NCBI RefSeq assembly: GCF_006345805.1
Contig: NW_021832390.1
Coordinates: forward strand, 1 to 62,676
Origin: Octopus sinensis
Lineage: Eukaryota
Direction: 5' to 3'
Length of the DNA stretch: 62,676 nt
The first letter of the stretch is position 1. Every line of letters begins with the position of its first letter. The position numbers and the translations under genes are program-made. Under the pieces are notes generated by a model. The model did not search any database, had not been told where the DNA came from, and worked only from the letters and a program-made list of their open reading frames with translations. Shown here in pieces: positions 56,572-62,676 of this stretch.

Positions 56572-58837
56572 TATAGATTATAAATACATAAATATGTGTG
56601 TATATATGAACTTATATGTATCCACAGGTGCGTGCTTGTGTATGTACATATGCATGGAAATATGAGTGTGTTTATACATATGCAAAAATTGTATATACAT
56701 GTCTATACACATAGATATACAGATATATATGTTTGTGCGTGTGAATTGATGGACATCAGACCGTGCGGAAACAGATATATGTATGTATATATATCCGTTT
56801 CTGTATATATCTGTGTGTGTATGTGCGTGTGAATGTGTGTGTATGTGTGTGTATGTAAATCGGAATGTTTTTCTATGAGAGTGTGTGTGTGTGTGTCTGT
56901 TGTGTCGGTGAGAAAATGTGAGGGCCATGTTGGTGTTTTCCTTTTGCGTGAATGATTTGAAAATATAACAAACTGATTCAGGAAAGGTCATGTTATAGAC
57001 TTGGAAACTGAAGAGAAACCACTCCAATACATTCATCTTGTTGACATCTTTAAAGATTTCATTTCAAAATTGTCGTCCATTGCTTTAGGAGTGCTAGGTG
57101 GTCTGTTAGTTAATTATAAATGGTTGTCTGGGAACTCGCTTCATCATAGCTACATACTAACTTACAATTGATTTATCGATCTACTTCAGAATTTCTATCA
57201 GAACACTACCAGTTGGTGGCATACCAATATATATTTATGTTTATGAGCGCGTGTATATATTTTATTAATGTGTATATATATATAACTATATTTATATATT
57301 TGTTATAAGTATCTATGTATGTATTTTTGTATGGGTGCAACAATATATACAATGTATATGTATATATACATATACATATATATATATATACATGCAAACA
57401 TACATAACTACAAAGATATACCGGAATACACATTCATATGTGCATATATATATATGTGTGTGTGTGTGTATTCATATGTGTGTATATATATGTATATATA
57501 ATGTATTTGTTGTAGCATGTGCCTATGTATGCAACAATATATACACTATATATGTATATATACATACATATATATATATATATATGTTTCTGTATATATA
57601 TATATATGTATGTGTGTGTGTATTTAGATATAGATATACATATGTATAAATTAATACGTGTACCTGTATAATATTTATACATATTATACAGGTATATGCA
57701 TATATAAATGTAAGTGCTTTCTGTGTATATGTGCGTATTTATGTCTGCGTTCATTAATTGTGCTTATCTACAAAGATTATTGAATGGAATGTACTCAATT
57801 CTAGAAGTAGAGCATTTCAGTGAATAATATAGTAAAATTCAGCAATATTAGTTGTTGTCGTTGTTTTTGTTTTTTGGGGGTTTTTTTTTGGCTTTTTTAA
57901 TATTTCCTTTTCAGCATTTAGGGGAGGGGGGATTGTCTTTATATAAGAGATTGATTAGACTCTCACATGCACTGGATTATGAAGACTCTATGGCTTTAAA
58001 AGCAAATAGTAAAATTTAGAGCAAAATATTTGATAAATAGCATTACACATCGTGACAAAGTGAGATGAGGAAAAGTTTGAAATATTTATATAAGCGACTG
58101 TTGACAGAAATGAACTAAATTTGCGCACCAAATATTTTCCAAAGCTCTCTAATATATGCAACAGCTATTCTTTTTTTCTATATATAAATTAGCGAGTTTT
58201 ACGTATGGAATCATATCCTATAAAGACCACCCCCTCTTAGTTTTCGTGTCATGGTGTGTGGAAATTGGGTTTATAGCTATTGTTGCTAAAGTTTATAATG
58301 AAGTCCGGTAAACTGTTGCCTTATTTGTCAGTGGCTTTTAAAACGTTTAGTTTCCGAATGATTACGACAGTGGCAAAGGTAGAGACTGGTTTGTCCATTC
58401 AGCACCTATCTCACTGTAGCTAAGAATAGACCACACTTTCAAGAATAGCATGAAGCCCATTAGAGTCATAGCTTATAAAGGATTGCGGTTCATTTCTAAT
58501 TTATTTGTCTTTTTAACAACTACTAAATCTAAGACTGAATCTAAGACTAGAGGAAGACTGTGTCTGCTTAGAATGAAGGGCAAGAGAGTGAGTTGACAGA
58601 TCATGGCTAGGTATGGTCATAAGTATTGTCATATGTATCCATTTTCTTCAGGGAGGGAAGAAGACATTATGAGTAGCAAATTGGATATAGAGTAACTGCC
58701 TATAAAAGGAGGCTGGGTAGGGGAAGACTCTAAATCAGGATGTTTATTACCAGTTAAAGGGGCAAGACGCTAATAAAACCTAGAGAGAGAGACTAGCAGG
58801 TAATTTCTCAAGATAAACATACATACAAACATACATG

Positions 58838-58954
58838 TGTCACTATGATAGCGTGTTGCTCTTTCATTTAGTAATAACATACACACACACACACATATAT
58901 TTATATATGTAAACATACATACATATGTCACTATGAAGACGTGGTGCTCTCTCA

Positions 58955-58990
<36 letters not shown>

Positions 58991-59063
58991 TACATACATA
59001 CATATAATATATATATATACATACAAACATATATACATATATATGTGTATATAGCACAAAGTT

Positions 59064-59104
<41 letters not shown>

Positions 59105-59191
59105 TACAAAGATATATGTGTGTGTGTGTGTGTAAACATGCATACAAACATACACATATATGTCACTATGATGGCGTGCTGCTCTTTCATT
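58838..59191 (+). repeat. Three copies of a 31-bp unit separated by TA/CA microsatellite
   Basis: tgtcactatgatggcgtgctgctctttcatt-like units at 58838, 58926 and 59161. Confidence 0.85.
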
Positions 59192-59234
<43 letters not shown>

Positions 59235-59902
59235 ACGTGTGTATGTATGCGTGTGTGTGTGTGTTTGCATTTGTGCATTTAGTTCCCTATATTTTTTTTA
59301 CAGTCTTCTTTCTAATTACAGTTTAGAGTCATCATCACAGATACCATTCCAATTCCAGGTTCTTTTATCTCAGTTTTGGTTATCATATTCCAGAGATGTT
59401 TGTTTGTCTCTTCCCGTTGTTACACTTTACCGATTCAGTTTTTCCTTTCCTTTTTTTTTCTTTCTTTTTTATAATTTTTGCTTTCTGTTTTTTTTTTTTT
59501 TGTTTTTTGTTTTTTTACTCTCAGATAATGAAGATTTACGTTGATCTATATATTCTTTTGCACTGCTTTTCCAAAACATCTCTCTGTGATAAAACAACAA
59601 TGAAATAAAACAGAGATATAGGAAACCAATAGTTTTCATAAAACGGAATTGGATTATTATTTCTATTTATTTAATTACTTCTTTTATGTTTATTTTATTT
59701 TATATTATTTTTTACAGTTTCTGCTGTGAAAGAAATACAAAAACGTCAAATAATCCAGAATTACTGAATGAAATAAGAAAATCAAATGTGACTCATTTTA
59801 CGCAATACGCAATCTCACACATACCACACACACATACACACATACATACATAGACACATGTACTTTTGGGTATCTGCTTTTTTAATTTCCTTGTATTCTC
59901 AG

Positions 59903-59932
59903 GTCAAATGCTGATAGTAACCAGTGCCGAAG
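59903..59932 (+). other. Candidate 30-nt microexon
   Basis: Acceptor ttccttgtattctcag|G and donor AAG|GTATTA; frame-preserving (G)QMLIVTSAE(G). No homology recognised. Confidence 0.2.
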
Positions 59933-60160
59933 GTATTAGGGTTTCGGGGCATCTTGATCCAACAAACATGGGACTTTCCCAGCTGTGTGAATGGAGTGAA
60001 ATTATCCCAATTTGCAATTAGCCGACGTACCAAATTTTTAATTCATCACCATGTATAGTAAATGATATTATAACTCGACCTCGTTTATTGTATATATATT
60101 ATATACGATTCCGCAGTCTGTATTATAGGTGCATGTATGCATTTATACGTCCATATATAT

Positions 60161-60347
60161 AGGGAGAGTTTACGAAAAAAAACAAGAGACGAAGACAGGT
60201 GGTGTACAAAACAAACAGATGTATTAGTATAACGCTCAGGAGTTGAAAAAGTCTTTTACGTTTCGAGCCTACGCTCTTCTACAGAAAGGGACACAGAAAA
60301 AACAAGGGGAGAAAAGAAATGTGTGTAGTGGCTAACGATCTATCATG
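60161..60347 (-). mobile_element. Short repeat with hammerhead-like motif, family H5 (probable PLE pLTR derivative)
   Basis: Flanked by (TA)n; architecture parallels H1 (pyrimidine tract, hammerhead, ctgagcg, ttgt-rich tail). Confidence 0.65.
60253..60288 (-). ncRNA. Minimal hammerhead-like motif with A6U core variant
   Basis: CTTT CTGTAGA A GAGC-gtag-GCTC GAAAC GT A AAAG. Helix I (CTTT/AAAG) and helix II (GAGC/GCTC) are perfect, ACGT is palindromic, the triplet is GUA; the core reads CUGUAGA instead of CUGANGA. Confidence 0.6.
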
Positions 60348-60352
60348 ACGTG

Positions 60353-60386
<34 letters not shown>

Positions 60387-60469
60387 AGCAATCCTCAATC
60401 TTAAATGTTTTGTAACCCATTTTATACACGTTTTTTTGCACGAAATGTTTTCGTCCTTGTGGCCAATAG

Positions 60470-60517
60470 AGTAGTAGTAGTAGTGGTGGTGGTGGTGGTG
60501 GTAGTAGTAGTAGTAGT

Positions 60518-60557
<40 letters not shown>

Positions 60558-60588
60558 CAGTAGTAGTAGTAGTAGTAGTAGTAGTAGC

Positions 60589-60624
<36 letters not shown>

Positions 60625-60700
60625 GGTGGTGGTAGTAGTAGTAGTAATAGTAGTAGTAGTAGTAGTAGTAGTAATTGTTGCTGTTGTTCTTGTTATTGTT
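60470..60700 (+). repeat. (AGT)n/(GGT)n microsatellite
   Basis: Direct sequence. Confidence 0.95.
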
Positions 60701-61633
60701 ACTGACACTTTTGTAACAAACGTTGTGTTTGTGCGTACGTGTGTGTGCGTGTGTGTGTGTGTGTGTGCGCGTGTGTGTGTATGTGTGTATGTGTGTGTGT
60801 GTGTGTTGTGTGTGTGTGCGTGTGACTTCGTGTATGCCTTCTGCTACACACTTCTGCGTTCATCTTATCTCCCGAGCACATCTCATGTAGATTCTTTACT
60901 CAACGTAAATAAATAAAACTCGTTTAAACTTGCGTGTTGCACTCAGTTTTAATTTCTCTGGAGTTGATATCTCCTTTTTAAAATTTAATTTCGTTCTCAG
61001 CTTTCACATTTTTTCCGTTGTATTCCATCGCTGATTGAACGCAAGAATATCTGCAAAAGATATGTGTCTTACCATTATTTTAAAAAGGTGACATATAATA
61101 ATAAGACACAGAGGCGGGAGGAGAGGCGGGTTCGATAGGTGGACAAATTGAGGCTGCACTTTGGCGGAGGATATTTCTTTTCGTTAGAGGCAAAACCGAA
61201 ATCGTTTGGTAAAGAATTATGGCTTTCTAATATATTCGAACTCTTTTAGTATACTTTTATATATATGTATATATATATATATATATACGTTGGACTCCTT
61301 ATTCTCATAATCACCGAACATGGAGCTTAACTATGGTCTGTCCATAGCACTTACTCAGCATTACCTGACACATTTGGGTCTTGACACCATTACCTCTCAT
61401 AACCTATATATATATATGTGTGTGTAGCTGTGTAATATCTGAAAAACATCCAGTTAATCCATCCGTCCGATGATGGCTTAATTCACCGAAACTTCGAAGT
61501 TACTGTTATGATATTCTTTATGAGAATAATAGATATATATTTATATACATATATATACATATATACATAAATATGTATGTAGACATATATATACATATAC
61601 ATGTATATATACATATGTATACATATATACATA

Positions 61634-61666
<33 letters not shown>

Positions 61667-62023
61667 GCATACATATATTATGTTTGGTGGTTTAGAGAAT
61701 CCGTTCCAGAGTTGAATTACGAATCGATTACTGTATGTTCCTACATCAGAATTCTTTAGATTTGATGGCACCGTAATTTCCATAATAGATGACGAGTTAC
61801 AGTTAACAACAGCAGCGAAAGAAACAACAGCATTGTCCACGATGACGACGACGATGACGACATCAAGAGGGAGGGGGAGTTATTTTCACTGAAATATGTG
61901 ACTAATAAAAATGATATTGTTATATTGTCGTTGAAGTTCTTTGAAACAGAAATTGTAAAGTGATTGGAAGATATGGTTCAGTTTAGAGGAAAGATGTGAG
62001 ATTTGGTAACCCAGAGATAGATA

Positions 62024-62063
<40 letters not shown>

Positions 62064-62676
62064 AGAGAGAGTAAAGGAGAACACAAATATTAATTTTCAG
62101 AAAAACGCATTGCTGTTATCCTCAACATCTTGTAATGTAAAGTAACCGAATATTAACGACGAGAAAATAGCCTAATATTAAAGAACTGCTCTATCTTACA
62201 TTGATTGTGTAGAATGCCCGAAAGTGATGTTTATACGAAAGACTTTGACTAACTACTGCCATCTGATGTCGGAAAATATTGGAGAATTGATGATGGGAAA
62301 TTGTAAAATCGATGAAACCACCTCATCGTTGAAGATTGTCAAAATTGGTATATTTATTTAGTTGCATCTGCGGAAGTTATGAAGAGGTGGGTAGGAAAGA
62401 GAGCTAAATGATTGCTTAATATTGGATGTGAGATTGGTTGAATCGATGAGGGATTTTTCATTTGAGATCGTGTCACTAGCATTTTGATGAGGTGTAATAG
62501 AGAAAGACCCTTAATGATCGAGTCTATAAAGGGAGATATCAAAGGAATCCTATGAATGATCAAGAGAACGGCTTGTGGTATTTGTTTCTTACTCTATATG
62601 TTTTGAGTTCAAATTTCACCTTCTTAACTATGGTTGGTGAAATTCCAAGGTTAAGAAATGGTGGGACACATGCAAA

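Noticed and set aside
58838-59191. CRISPR-like repeat-spacer pattern
   Set aside because: Only three degenerate units, spacers are microsatellites of unequal length, no cas genes, and the context is eukaryotic.
61643-61840. ORF with Ig-like SDVGTY
   Set aside because: No following Cys, no convincing splice sites, and low-complexity flanks.

Overview
AT-rich, microsatellite-dense animal genomic DNA. The SINE families and repeat landscape are the ones I associate with Octopus (coleoid cephalopod); this is an inference from memory, not a database match. I cannot support any intact host protein-coding gene. Nearly all ORFs in the track are translated microsatellites, and only a few weak candidate exons exist, so the window is probably intronic or intergenic. 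Recognisable content: two abundant tRNA-derived SINE families (one CORE-type, one modular/dimeric), other CORE- and V-domain SINEs, two mariner remnants and a mariner MITE, a hAT MITE, a Helentron-type HINE, a CR1/L2-group LINE end, two R4/Dong-clade RLE retroelements bordered by (TAA)n, a Penelope GIY-YIG fragment, and four copies of one Tx1/L1-clade LINE, each embedded in (GATA)n. The most interesting signals are: (1) a set of short, often fold-back repeats carrying minimal type-I hammerhead ribozyme motifs, including one element that joins a tRNA-like Pol III head to a hammerhead-bearing tail; (2) an apparently (GATA)n-targeted Tx1 retrotransposon, one copy of which forms a ~205-bp-arm hairpin; (3) apparent partitioning of microsatellite classes among different retroelement families.
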